Source: Tubulanus polymorphus
Taxonomy: Eukaryota; Animalia; Nemertea
NCBI RefSeq assembly: GCF_964204645.1
Contig: NC_134033.1
Location: forward strand, 12,718,655-12,782,654
Length of the DNA: 64,000 bases
Direction of reading: 5' to 3'
Part shown: piece by piece, positions 50,120-63,202 of the stretch
Numbering within the stretch: the first letter of the stretch is position 1
How the letters are laid out: every line of letters starts with the position of its first letter
Position numbers and translations under genes: made by a program
The notes under the pieces: generated by a model
What the model was told of the DNA's origin: nothing
Seen by the model: only the letters and a program-made list of their open reading frames with translations
Databases searched by the model: none

Positions 50120-52990
50120 TTAGGAGACCCTCGCCAATAATGAACCCGGCAATCATAAAAGGTAACTTAACATAGATGGAATTATTGCGATAAATTCTAA
50201 TTTCAAAAATTTGTCATTACAGGATAACTTCTTTTAATCATTGCAGCTAGATTTCAACTATATGAAAAACCCAGATTGAGATCAACTACTTGTCCAAAAT
50301 CGACCAACTGGAACAGCGAACAGATGAGGCAAACAGAATCGAACTCATTTACCAACCAACTAATAAGATAATTGCCGATAACGAACCCAGCAATCATAAA
50401 AGGTAACTTGATATACATGAAATTATTACGATTAATTCTTATTGAAATATTTTGTCATTACAGAATATCTTCTTTTAATCATTGCAGCTAAATATCAACT
50501 ATGCGAAAAAAACCCAGTTTGAGAACAACTACTCGTCAAAAATCGACCAACTTGAACGGCGCACAGCCAACTAGGATCGACCTCATTAACCAATCAACTA
50601 ATAAGATAATCGCCAACAAAGAAACCGGCAATCATAAAAGGTAACTTGATATACTTGGAATTATTACGATTAATTCTTATTGAAATATTTTGTCATTAAA
50701 GGATATCTTCTTTTGATCATTGCAGCTAAATTTCAACTATGAGAAAAAAACCCAGCTTGAGAACAACTACTCGCCCAAAATCAACCAACTTGAACAGCGC
50801 ACAGATGGGGCCAACAGAATCGAACTCATTAACGCACAAACTTTAGATGATCCACACACCGATAACGAACCAAGCAATCAAATAAGGTAACTTGATATAC
50901 ATGAAATTATTACGATTAATTCTTATTGAAAAAATCTTCTTTTGATCATTGCAGCTAAATTTCAACTATGCGAAAAACCCAGTTTGAGATCAACTACTCG
51001 TCAAAAATCGACCAACATGAGCGGCGCACAGCCAACTAGGATCAAACTTATGTACCAACCAACTAATGAGATAATTGCCGAACCCAGCAATCACTAACTT
51101 TAACAGCGCACAGCCAACTAGGATAGAACTCATTAACCAAACAACTAATAAGATAATCGCCAATAATGAAACCGGCAATCATAAAAGGTAACTTGATATA
51201 CATGGAATTATTACGATTAATTCTGTCATTGTCATTAAAGGATATCTTCTTTTGATCATTGCAGCTTAATTTCAACTATGAAAAAAAACCCAGCTTGAGA
51301 TCAACTACTCGCCCAAAATCGACCAACTTGAACAGAACACAGGTGGGGCCAACAGAATCGAACTCATTAACGCACAAACTTTAGATGATCCCCACCGATA
51401 ATGAACCAAGCAATCAAAGAAGGCAACTTGTTATACATGAAATTATTACGATTAATTCTTATTGAAAAATTTTGTCATTACAGAATATCTTCTTTTAATC
51501 ATTGCAGCTAAATTTCAACTGCGAAAAAACCCAGTTTGAGAACAACTACTCGTCAAAAATCGACCAACTTGAACGGCGCACAGCCAAAGGATCAAACTCA
51601 TTTACCAACCAACTTATAAGATAATTGCCGATAACGAACCCAACAATCATAAAAGGTAACTTGATATACATGAAATTATTACGATTAAATCTTATTGAAA
51701 TATTTGGTCATTACAGGATATCTTCTTTTAATTATTGCAGCTAAATATCAACTATGCGAAAAAACCCAGTTTGAGAACAACTACTTGTCAAAAATCGACC
51801 AACACACAGGTGGCGCAAACCAAATCGAACTTATTAACGCACAAACTTTAGATGATCGACACGGATAACGAACCAAGCAATCATAAAAGGTAACTTGATA
51901 TACATGAAATTATTACGATTAATTCTTATTGAAATATTTGGTCATTACAGGATATCTTCTTTTAATCATTGCAGCTAAATATCAACTATGCGAAAAAACC
52001 CAGCTTGAGATCAACTACTCGTCCAAAATTGACCAACTTGAAGAGCGCACAGCCAACTAGGATCGAACTCATTAACCAATCAACTAACAAGATAACCGCC
52101 AATAATGAAACCGGCAATCATAAAAGGTAACTTGATATACATGGAATTATTATGATTGATTTTTATTGAAATATTTTGTCATTAAAGGATATCTTCTTTT
52201 GATCATTGCAGCTAAATTTCAACTATGCGAAAAAACCCAGTTTGAGAACAACTACTCGCCCAAAATCGACCAACTTGAACAGCGCACAGATGGGGCCAAC
52301 AGAATCGAACTCATTAACGCACAAACTTTAGATGATCTACACCGATAGCCAACCAAGCAATCAAAAAAGGTAACTTGATGTACATGAAATTATTACGATT
52401 AATTCTTATTAAAAAATTTTGTCATTAAAGGATATCTTCTTTTGATCATTGCAGCTAAATTTCAACTATGCGAAAAAACCCAGTTTGAGAACAACTACTT
52501 GTCAAAAATCGACCAACTTGAACAGCACACAGGTGGCGCCAACCAAATCGAACTCATTAACGCACAAACTTTAGATTATCCACACCGATAACGAACCAAG
52601 CAATCAAAAAAGGTAACTTCATATACATGAAATTATTACGATTAATTCTTATTGAAATATTTGGTCATTACAGGATATCTTCTTCTAATTATTGCAGCTA
52701 AATATCAACTATGAGAAAAAACCCAGCTTGAGATCAACTACTCGTCCAAAATCGACCAACTTGAACAGCGCCAGATGAGGCCAACAGAATCGAACTCATT
52801 AACCCACCAACTTTAGATGATCCACACCGATAATGAACCAAGCAATCATAAAAGGTAACTTAATATACATGGAATTATTACGATTAATTCTTATTGAAAT
52901 ATTTTGTCATTACAGGATATCTTCTTTTAATTATTGCAGCTAAATATCAACTATGAGAAAAAACCCAGCTTGAGATCAACAACTCATCAG
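50120..52990 (+). repeat. ~240-bp tandem repeat, about 12 units, each an exon-intron-like cassette
   Basis: Each unit has aag|gtaact, a ~86-nt AT-rich stretch and tcttcttt(t)aatcattgcag|ctaaat. Confidence 0.9.
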
Positions 52991-55900
52991 AAAATCTACA
53001 AGTAGATGAATACTGATTGACCCATTTGCTGATGAAAAATGCAGAAGCCCAGATTAGAAGTTGAGGAGCCAGCAACGGATTGATCACTCAACGATGGATT
53101 CTTCTACAAACGGTGGTTGATTTCTATAAAATATTTTATCAGGAGCAGCAGAGACTATAGTGAATCATATAAACACTGATTCGAGCGACAAAGCTAATGG
53201 ATTATCTCATAAACACTGATTCAGGAAAAGTACTGTTTTAAAGCAGCAAAGACAATAGTGTATCTTATTAGGAGCAGCATTAACAATAGCGCATCTTATA
53301 AACACTGAGATCCAGGAGCGGCAAAGACAATAGCGGATTTTTGTCGTAAAGTATTGATTTTTTTACTTATCACCCTTTTTCAACCAGTCTGATATAGTGT
53401 TGTAAAGGAAATTATTTTATAATGCTTAATGCAATGTGAGAGTCTAATAAAAGCTAAGCTCCATTAATTCACAATATTGATATTCGATCCTTGGTTGATA
53501 GAGAAGTCAAGTTAGGTTAGTCACTAGGAGTCAATTGGTCGCGCTGAGCGCCTTGTTTGGGCTCGCAGGTCTGTTGAGTTAACTCCTAAACTGAGATATA
53601 GTTTCAACATGATATTGTGAGTTTTAACTTTACCATAGTTAAACATAGTCAACTATGGCTATTTGTCCGTGTAGGTATCACATAGTTAGGAAACATAGAA
53701 CATGACGTTAGGCCAGTGTTGATGTACAAATATTAAGTATTTGCTGAATTGTAGATGTATTAATTTGATGGATATATATTTTCGAAGGCCCGTGTAACTG
53801 ATTTCACAAGTGAATCATATATGTCGATTTTCACATCGAGTTTTGACTTTGAGCCTCGATCAATCTGTTTAATGATCATATAGCTACGTATTTGAAATCA
53901 GAAGCTTTATTTGAAAGGAGACCATTATTTACATTTGAGAGGTAAAGCTAGGAATAACAAGGCATAAAGTTATAGATAGGACTTATTTTGAATATTTTAA
54001 CATTGTTTATAGCTGTTTGAACTTCCGTTATTGTAATGGGTAAATCCATATCACGAGATGGCTCTCGTGAATAATCACTTAGCTTCAAATCGGGTGTATA
54101 ATGATTATAAAGGAGTGGCAGTGAATCGGTAGCGCTTTTTTAAAATGGGCCCAGAAACTTTACAGTGAAAAAATGCCTGCAGTTGTAAATAGAGGAGTAT
54201 AAATAATACATAATACAAACTACAAGTACATAAATTAATCAAAAATTAAATTTAAAAAAACCAATGAATAATAAGTAGTAAATAATACAAAATACAAGTA
54301 CATACATAAATAGATAATATTAAAAATAGATAAAAATAATAAACAACAATAGAAACAAACAATAAATTAATATTCTATTTACATGAAAAGGCATTTTTTC
54401 AAATATTTATCAACAAGGTTCTTCATTCATCGAACAACCTTCCCTAAGTATAGCGAAAACCCAAGATCTTTTCTGTTGTTGTTTTAAGCATTCTATCGGA
54501 CTCAGTTATTGTAATGAACAAAACAAATAACCATAAACCTTAACTAAATCGAACACACTTAAAAAAAATAACTGATATGATAGAATGCTTTGAATAACTG
54601 TGATGAAAGATCGACCCTCCTTAGAACTAGCTGCGCTCAGTCACTGCTGTGACTGTTTATTGTTATACAGGGAGGGGGGGGGGTAGACTTACTATCTAAA
54701 ATCTCGCACATACATTTTACTTTTATAAAGAATGTAAAACAGCTATAAACTTAAGTTATTGATGTTATTGATTAGTTACCGATTGTATAATGATGTTGAT
54801 GTTTTTTAAGCTGCCAGAAAAAAACATCAGAATACTTAGTATTTAATGCCAAGGTGCTTGGACATCTTTAAGACAAGGCAAAGTAGGCAAAATTCTAGTT
54901 TTCTAGTGAAAGTAATGATTAGTTGATACTTAGTTTCCAGAGTGAATCTGTATGTTCCATCTCTAGTTTTAATGCTCTATGTTGGAGACTGTTATTGTAA
55001 CACATAACGCATGTTTGGAAATTAGGAACTTGCATGATGATTCCTCGATTAAGATATTATTGTTGTGTGAATAAAACGATGTACATTTTCATCATTCATG
55101 TTGAAACTTTTTAGCAGTTAATTTTTATAGCAACAATTCCACTGTGGTGCTTTTCAGTGGTTCATGAAATACTGACTTAATTAAGGCCCTGTCGAAAATA
55201 GCAGGAGCATAGAATAGAAGGAGCTGTTTCTTGATAAGGCTAACGTGAGGATTCAGTGCTAATTGGTCAATTGTCCTAGCTTTGTTTTGATCTAATCAGT
55301 TAAACCGCGTCTGTATGGGGCCTGTAATATCTGGACAAGAATTTCTGATCTTTATGTATTGTTGTATTTATATCTACTATCAAGTTGAATAAAACGATTA
55401 AGAAGTTAAGGCCCTTATGGAAAAAAGAGTAGCAAAATAGAGGAGCAATCTCTTGATAAATGAGGATATATGGGTTCTGAAATATCTGCACAAGAAGCAC
55501 CTTAAAAAGTTAGTTATTGAATCTTAACTTAATTGTAGCGAAGCCATTAGTTATTAGTAATTCCCCTAGCTCTATTCAAATTGACAGTTGAACAATATTT
55601 ATATACTCGATTTATATACTCTTGTTGAATGCATAGAAGAAAATACCTCCAAAATACTTTGCATTAAATGTAACACTTGAGAAAATAACCAATTTGATAA
55701 TGTCTTGAAACCTCTTAAAGACAAGGCAAAGCTGGCAAAACTAGTTATCTTGGAAAATAATGTAAATGAAAATTAAATCAAACACTGTTTATTTAATCTA
55801 ATCTTAAGCTTTCCAGATTGAATTTGTGGTTTTTATCTCCGGTTATAATGTTTTTATGTTGGAGACTTTTTTGAAATACAGGTCACGTTTTTGTATATGA

Positions 55901-57119
55901 CTGGCACTTCCTCCAGTCATTTAGGTATAATTGTTGTTGTAGAGATAAAACGACATGTTCATGTCAATTGTTCATAAAACATTGATTCATTAAGGTCCTA
56001 TCGAATAAAAGTTGAGCTTTTTCTTGATGTCCTCAATCGATGTCATTTGAAAAGTTGACATGATAGATTCATATTTCATGAAATATAACAAAGTGTCGGT
56101 TATATTGACCTCATGTATTATTGTCAAATTCATAATCTTAGACTTTCAGACTAGTCCAATTTTCGTTTTTTTTATGTATGACAGTTTATAATTCTTTGTT
56201 TATTTTTGTTATTTTCCTATTGATGCAAATTGTATGAATCAGCTGTAGTGGAAATGTATCGTAGATAAAGACTTCTAAATACCTTACATGTAACTTTGTA
56301 TAGAAATAAAATTACTATTAAAATTTGGGAAAAAATAAGCTAAAAGTAAATAATATGATATGTGAAAATAAAATGATGTAAGTATGTAAATCAGATTGAT
56401 TACTTAATCCTTCGTTTCCAGAGTATTTGGCCAGGTTTATCTCACGGTTTAAGAGTCCATGGTTGTGGGCCATAGACGTTTCTGTTTTAGAGTCTATGGT
56501 TGGACCATGGGCGTATAAACTCTCGTTTATAGTTAATACGCATATGGTGGTTGGACTAGTTGTTTTTGTAAGTCCCTGTTTACGGTATAATTCCTCGAGC
56601 ACAAACCTGGCATTTTGTATAATTGTTGTATGTTGTGTGCTTTTATGTTGAACTGTTTTTCGAATACAGTTCACCCATTTGTTAACGAAGAACTGATAAT
56701 TCCTCGAATACAAAGCAAAGTTTGCAAAATTTCGGTTTTCTTGTAAAAAATAATGTTAATGAAATGAAATTAGAAATTGATTATTTGAGTGAATTTGTGG
56801 TTTTATGTCCAGCTTTAATGTTTATATGTTGGAGATATGTTTTGCAGTTTTTTGTATTAACAGAAATCTTTCTTATTTTGTCATTTGCTGAATAGTTGAT
56901 ATGATAGAATACTTCATATTTTATGAAATAACCAAGTGTCACTTATGCCTGGTGACTCCATGAATTGTCAAATTAATAGTCTTAAACATTCAGACTAGTC
57001 CCCATTGTCGGTGTTTTGTGGATCAAAGTTTACAATTCTTTGTGTAATTTTGTTATTTTCCTATTGATTCAAATTTTATGAATCACTTGCAGTGGAAATG
57101 TTTTTGGTGAATAAGAATG

Positions 57120-57290
57120 TGCTAAAAATGATACCTTGTTTTTCCTGATCGGCTGGGTCATTTCATAATCAATGAAATCAATGAAATCAATGAAATTTGA
57201 TATTTCTATCTGTCGGGTCTGTTGTGTTTAGCTTGATCATGATTTCAAAAAACGATAGATAGGCGGCCGACCGGGTCAACTTTTAAGAGC
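57120..57290. mobile_element. Degenerate copy of the Harbinger-type MITE
   Basis: gctaaaaatgataccttgttt...gatagataggcggccgaccgggtcaac. Confidence 0.6.
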
Positions 57291-58863
57291 AGAAATGTAA
57301 ATCAGATTGATTCATTAAATCTTACGCTTTCCAGAGTATCTGGCCAGGTGTATTTCTGGTTTTAGTGCGGGGAGCCATGGACTCTCACAGTTTAGAGTCC
57401 ATGGTTGTGGGCCATAGACGTTTCTGTTTTAGAGTCTATGGTTGGATCATGGATGTATAAACTCTAGTTTATGGTTTATATGTCCATGGTTGGACTGTTT
57501 TTGAAATACAGTCCATGCGTTCGAGGAGCTTACATTACTCGAGCACAAACCTGGCATTTTGAATAATTGTTGCATGAGAATAAATATCGTTTGAAATTCT
57601 TGTTTAGTTAATTAGCTACTCTGAACTTTGTTAGTTCACCAGTCAGTGATTTGTAATTATCTTAAAATCCACCTCCTTTTTCAACCCTATATTCCTACGA
57701 ACACGGTGCGGAGACGAAGATGTCCGGAAAACACGATAATGCGATTATATTCATGGCCATACAGCTTACCACTTTATACCGGACGCACTTCATGACACGT
57801 CTTGACCGGTTAGAAGCACCGTTGAGCTGCCGAAGAAGTGAAATTAGCAATCTTTTTGATTCCATCAGGGCTGGATCCAGACCCTATTAGCCGTATTGCC
57901 CAATACAGTCTAACATTTAAAGTGCCCTACGAAATTCCTCGGCAATATTTTTTGACGGCATATATATTTCACCACCCGCTAATTTGATATGTCCACTGAT
58001 GATCGGTTTGATTTTTATATGCAGAAACAGAGTCCTGAATAGTATTCTTTGCCTTTAGGGGCACCCACGTATCCATCAGGGGCGGATCCAGGCCGTATTG
58101 CCCAATACGGTCTAAAGTGCCCTTCGAAATTCCTCGGAAATATTTTTTGATGATTTCACCATCCGCTAATTTGATGTGTCCACTGATGATCGGTTTTATT
58201 TTTATATAACTCAGAAGCAGAGGCTGGGAGCACCCAGTATCCTGTGATAGCACTTTTTAGTCCGAAAGTTTATTTTCCTTCTTTTGTGTTACACATGAGA
58301 TTGTTCTCTTTGTAAAAAAACATCGTTTTTATTTTCTTCATGCTTTGGCGGGTAGCCGATGACCTCCTGGTGGTCTCTTATAGAGAACTGGAGACTACTA
58401 CATGCATCTGTAAATTTAGTGAAAGTACCGGTACTGTCGATCTATTTAGATCTATTATTCAATGTTGTCGATCTATTCAATCCGTGGGTCCCTATATCGG
58501 GCCTCTATTGCACAGCCTCTATTGGCTTTTCCAAGCATCCAGCCGCGTGTAAATTCTTTGTAATCATCATTTGATTTATACTGCATATTTTATACATGGC
58601 GAAATTGTATAATATTATTATATACGTTAAGATAGAGCAGAATTCGTTTCCCATTGGAATACCAGAATGATATTATCTCGTTCAGGTTTTACACGCCGTA
58701 TTATGGACTCCGTGACGCCGTGTCGGGTATGGCGTGACAAGCCCCGGGGCCTGTGACGCCATGTCTGCTGATTCTTAAGATGGACTACTTCCGCATTTTT
58801 CGTGAACTATATTGAATGAATTGAATTGATTGCTGTGAGGGAGGAATTTAGTAATAAATAAAT

Positions 58864-60348
58864 ATGTGGTATGAAATCTTACCGAGCGCCGGCATCGTGT
58901 TCACGTTGCTGTATATACCGACCTGGAGTAACTGGATTATCAATCGACTCACTATAGGCAAGGTAAGCGTTTAATCACGACGACCAACATCGGTCCATCA
59001 CGCGTGGTCTGTCTGGAAATCACTCAAACGTCTATCCAACCCTAGTTAGTTACCTTATTTTATTGAGCTTTTATGATCAGATGTGCTTATGAAAATACTC
59101 AATCGTGAAAACAAAGACAGGTTACAGGTTGGGCTAGGCCAAATTGGTCTGGCATGTATCAATGATAATGTGACCACCATCTTTTGATCGAGGGAGGAAG
59201 ATATACCAATTTGCCGAGAAAGTAGAGACTGTGCCAACACTAATACCATTGAAGATGAGTTTCATTTTGTAATAGAATGCTCACGACTAAACGAAATTAG
59301 ATACGATCTAAACAGAGCAGTGAGTTGTATATAAACCCAGATGCCCAAAATTGGGACGACCAAACCAAATTCAAAACACTTCTCACGGATAAAAAACTAC
59401 ATGGTCCAATTGGGGAATACATATTCGAGGCTTTGAAATCCTAGATTATGGTTGTTAATAAGGAACCACTGTTATCCCTCTTATTGTTGTTATTGATGTA
59501 AAATGTTTATGCTTTGTAAATACTACTTGTAAATACAACTCTGTACATCTCAACCCGAAATTGTGTAATTAGTACAATAAAGAGACTGTTGAAATTGAAC
59601 TTAAAATTTAAATTGTGACAAGCACAGGGACTTGACACGAAAGGCCCGGTATCCTAGGTACTATATATAAAAAGAATTTTTATACAAAGTTCCTAGGATA
59701 CTGAGGGCAAAATCCTTTTGTGTCATGTATGTCCCTGTGGTGACAAGCTTCAAATTTCTCAATTAAGATAACCCACCCTGCCCCTGGGCCTGGGGCCTAT
59801 AACCGAGATGACCAATTTACCGAAATGAACGCTAGTATTTCATGTCATGATTGTGTTATCTCAGTAATCTCAAGGTCCACGGCGTGCTACGCACCCATGG
59901 AAATCAAAAAGCTGTGAGTTCTCTGCGTAGCCTATTAGTTCCTGGTCAGTAACCCGTCTGTGGTTTAGTTTCACGATCGGATATTTTCAAGCCCATCTGA
60001 TTATAAAAAGCTTACCACCAACGATTAGGTAACTAACTAATTAGTTCCCGAAAGCTGACATTCATAGATATTTTGCATGTTTTTTTTTTTATGAAGGATT
60101 CCATCAGATTTTGGGATATCGATCAGCGTGATTATAGAAGTTACTGGCGAGATCGTAGAATTACCGGAGACGAATACAAAATACAGGTAAGACTAAAATA
60201 ATATCCTCGCTGAACATTGTTTCTAACAATTCATAGAAGTTGACATTTCAGATCATTTGTTGTATTTATAGTATGCTGATTGTATTTTCTGTTTTGTTAT
60301 TTTCGACAGGGACTCGAAGGATTGCCCGAAATGCCAAAAGACAAATAG
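58864..60348 (+). CDS. NDUFA1: NADH dehydrogenase [ubiquinone] 1 alpha subcomplex subunit 1 (MWFE)
   Basis: Exons 58864-58962, 60097-60186 and 60310-60348 (phase 0) give 75 aa: MWYEILPSAGIVFTLLYIPTWSNWIINRLTIGK-DSIRFWDIDQRDYRSYWRDRRITGDEYKIQ-GLEGLPEMPKDK. AATAAA at about 60465. Missed by the ORF track. Confidence 0.92.
59130..59600 (+). mobile_element. LINE 3' fragment in NDUFA1 intron 1
   Basis: ICRESRDCANTNTIEDEFHFVIECSRLNEIRYDL, followed by an AATAAA-containing tail near 59576. Confidence 0.65.
59623..59739. mobile_element. MITE with 8-bp TSD (hAT- or P-like)
   Basis: GTGACAAG|cacagggac...gtccctgtg|GTGACAAG. Confidence 0.8.
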
Positions 60349-61778
60349 ATCGTATTCGTAGTTAGATATTTTCGAAGACCCATTCAGGACATGGAACTGT
60401 AGTTAGATTAGCAGCACGTTTTTCGCTAACTCGAGTTTGTTACTGTTGTGTATAAATATGATAAAATAAATGAATTAAAGTAATTTAGTGAAAATTTATC
60501 GTCGTTTGAAATCAGATCGGTAGTTTTGGTTCGAAGGTATTTCATTGCTCAGATCATAAACAAATGGATATCAGCTACAGAAATATGAAGAATCTGTGAA
60601 AAATCATGAAATGTGTGAGAAATTCAAGAAGAGTGTCTCAAATTTTGATGCGTAATACAGTAGAACCTCGTTATATAACGAACTCTGGATACAACTATTC
60701 TTCTTTTTTTTCTAACATACAGTGACGAATCTGTGGCAACGACGAAGATCTTCTCGTGTCTTTGACTTCAAGAATAGTAAACCGGATAGACGAAATTTAC
60801 ACGATGAAATATACGAAAATATCGTCTTCATTTATTTACATTTCAACAAAACGAATCCAACGTTAGAAAATATCAACAAATTGTAGAAAGTTATATTCAC
60901 ATTATTTACATATCTTGAAATATTCGGAAATATCGAACACGCCGCATATATATTTGTTCTATATTCTAGTTATACTCCTATGTACATGCGATTCAGGGTC
61001 GGATCCAGGATCAGGGGATTCCCAGGTTTCAGCTGTACGTGTAGCAACCGCCGAAAAATATCTAGAAGCCTCCAGATGCATGTAACCAGTGAAATATAAC
61101 ATTCAGCGACGTAGGAATTGCTACTGTTCCATTCTTCACAATGATTTGGAATGGCATTGTTAGAAGAACATTTTTTCAGAGGGGGGAATTCAGACACCCT
61201 GGATCCGCCCCGCTTCGCGTAATCTATTTACACTGTTTCGAAATAAGTAATTAATTATCACCGGGTTGTCCGCCATATCATCCCACGCGAGCGGGTTCCC
61301 TTTCGATCGTGGGGTCAGCCACGCCGCGTACAAAATACATCCTCCCGGCAGAGATTCGAACCTGATGGAATCGAGACTGCCACAGTGTGCCGTGGCAGTC
61401 TCGGTGTCATCAGGTCCGAATCCCAGCCGAGGTAGCATACGGTTAAGACGACTGCCCCTTATAATCCATCACCCGTACCATTACATCACTAGTACTTTAT
61501 CAGAAGCGAAACATATCGTACAGTCAGAATACATCGAAAACTTCAGATATATCATATATTAATTTTGAGATCATTCGTTATCCAAACCAGTAGCGGGGAA
61601 GGGGCTTGCTTATTGTTACATGTAATCATAATCAAGTATTAGTCCAAACTAAGGTACGACACGTCAGAGGTCTGCAAGCAGCTGTATAGGCCAGGCCATC
61701 CTTTTTGATGGATGACGACGATTTATGTAATTATTGATGAAGCGCGAAATGCTCATGGCGCCGTATTCGAAACAGCCG

Positions 61779-63202
61779 CTAACGGGCTAAATTGAGATCA
61801 CACGGGTTCGAAACCGAATTGCCAACCACTTTTAGCACACCGAAATACGTAAACGGTTCGGTGAGGATGAGAGTTTTGGCGGCGTATGAATCTCTCAGAC
61901 GAACTCCGATACGCGTTCTATTTGCGAGCCTGATTTTCTTATATATGCACACAGAATTGATTCGTCTGCCGTAGTATGCTTGTCTTTTTGCTACCGAACT
62001 AGAAATACACGAAAAAGGTGCATTTTTACAAATACAATCATTACCCCTCTGCAATACACGCTTGGTATCGGCCATACCTGCTCTGCGCCTTGGTCGTTCT
62101 CACTATTCTCGCTGAACCTCGTTGTCCGGGTCTCAGACGCACTATCTGATGAGCTGGAAGACTTAAAGTATAAGATACTAAAAATATTAAGACTACGCGA
62201 CGTTTTGAGATGTTCGTCGACTTTTCCCACGTAGTTGAAACAACATAATGTCTTGTATTCCTGAAGATGCCTATTAGGATATAGTCGAAACGTTGAAATA
62301 AACTACTATCTCGAAGTTACATTTTCGGACTTTTTCTTATCATTGTGAGATTCTCACTACATCGTGTCAACACGGATATAGTGTTCTATCAATCGTGGCC
62401 ATGATGTTTTATATTAGTAGTACTTTGCACCAGCAACATTTTTACTTATCAACTATGAGAGACTGGTTTTGAAATGATTTACAGTCTTTCTGAAGTCTGT
62501 CAAATTGTTTCCCGAATCTGTGCAAAAAGTCGATCTCTTGTGTTTGAAACCCACCTTCCGTCGCCTTCTAAGTACGACACGTTGGCATAGACAATGTATT
62601 GTCCGGGATAGCGAATTTGCACCATGTCGGTCCTAACGTCATATCCAAATTTGGTGGACACCTCTTTACGGACAAATTTCCACGGCAACAAAACCCCTAA
62701 TGTGACAAAATGAAAAAAGGGTTCAAAATTTACGTTAAATGAACCGAGGGGCTCTTCACGGATGGGGTCTCTACTCGTACATACCGTAGTTGAGCGTTTT
62801 CTCACACAATTCCCTGTTTTTACCTATAGCTAAATTACACCTATCCGTATTACCAAATACCCTGAATCCAGATTCCTTGAATAGAAAAATCATATATATC
62901 TTATGCGACCGGCCGGGTCAACTTTGAAGCTCAGCCGAAATAAGAAACAAGGTATCAACTTTTTAGCCTAAATGGAATGGCGATGTCTTTGAATATAGGT
63001 CTTGATCGAGCTGTGAGACTTTTGCTAAATTATGTGACGAGTTTAAGGTAACCATCCACTAAATGAACAACCGCATGTACATGTAAAAAAGAAGAACTTA
63101 CGCGAACGTTACGCTTGTGGCGACGTCTTAAATGTGTTGGTGACGGCTGTAAAATTCCCCGTCCCGTTTCCCGCGGCCGCGCCGCCGTTACTGATGGCAA
63201 AC
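61779..63202 (-). CDS. TNF-superfamily ligand (eiger/EDA-like), 5'-partial
   Basis: Exons 63202-63102 (furin-like RRRHKR), 62696-62555 (LPW...IRYPGQYIVYANVSY), 62161-62078 and 61998-61779 (...TYFGVLKV). The junction across 62700-63100 is uncertain. Confidence 0.75.
62905..62968. mobile_element. Truncated Harbinger-type MITE end
   Basis: gcgaccggccgggtcaac...gaaacaaggtatcaactttttagcc|TAA, matching the end of 26877-27096. Confidence 0.75.

Larger units (their letters stand above)
44340..58762. mobile_element. Candidate 14.4-kb non-autonomous element bounded by inverted 34-bp hairpins
   Basis: 44340-44373 matches the reverse complement of 58729-58762 at 31/34 positions. The interior has no recognisable intact gene and is rich in internal duplications. 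No TSD found. Confidence 0.5.

Noticed and set aside
61285-61440. tRNA gene
   Set aside because: A B-box-like sequence is present, but no cloverleaf or correctly spaced A-box could be built.
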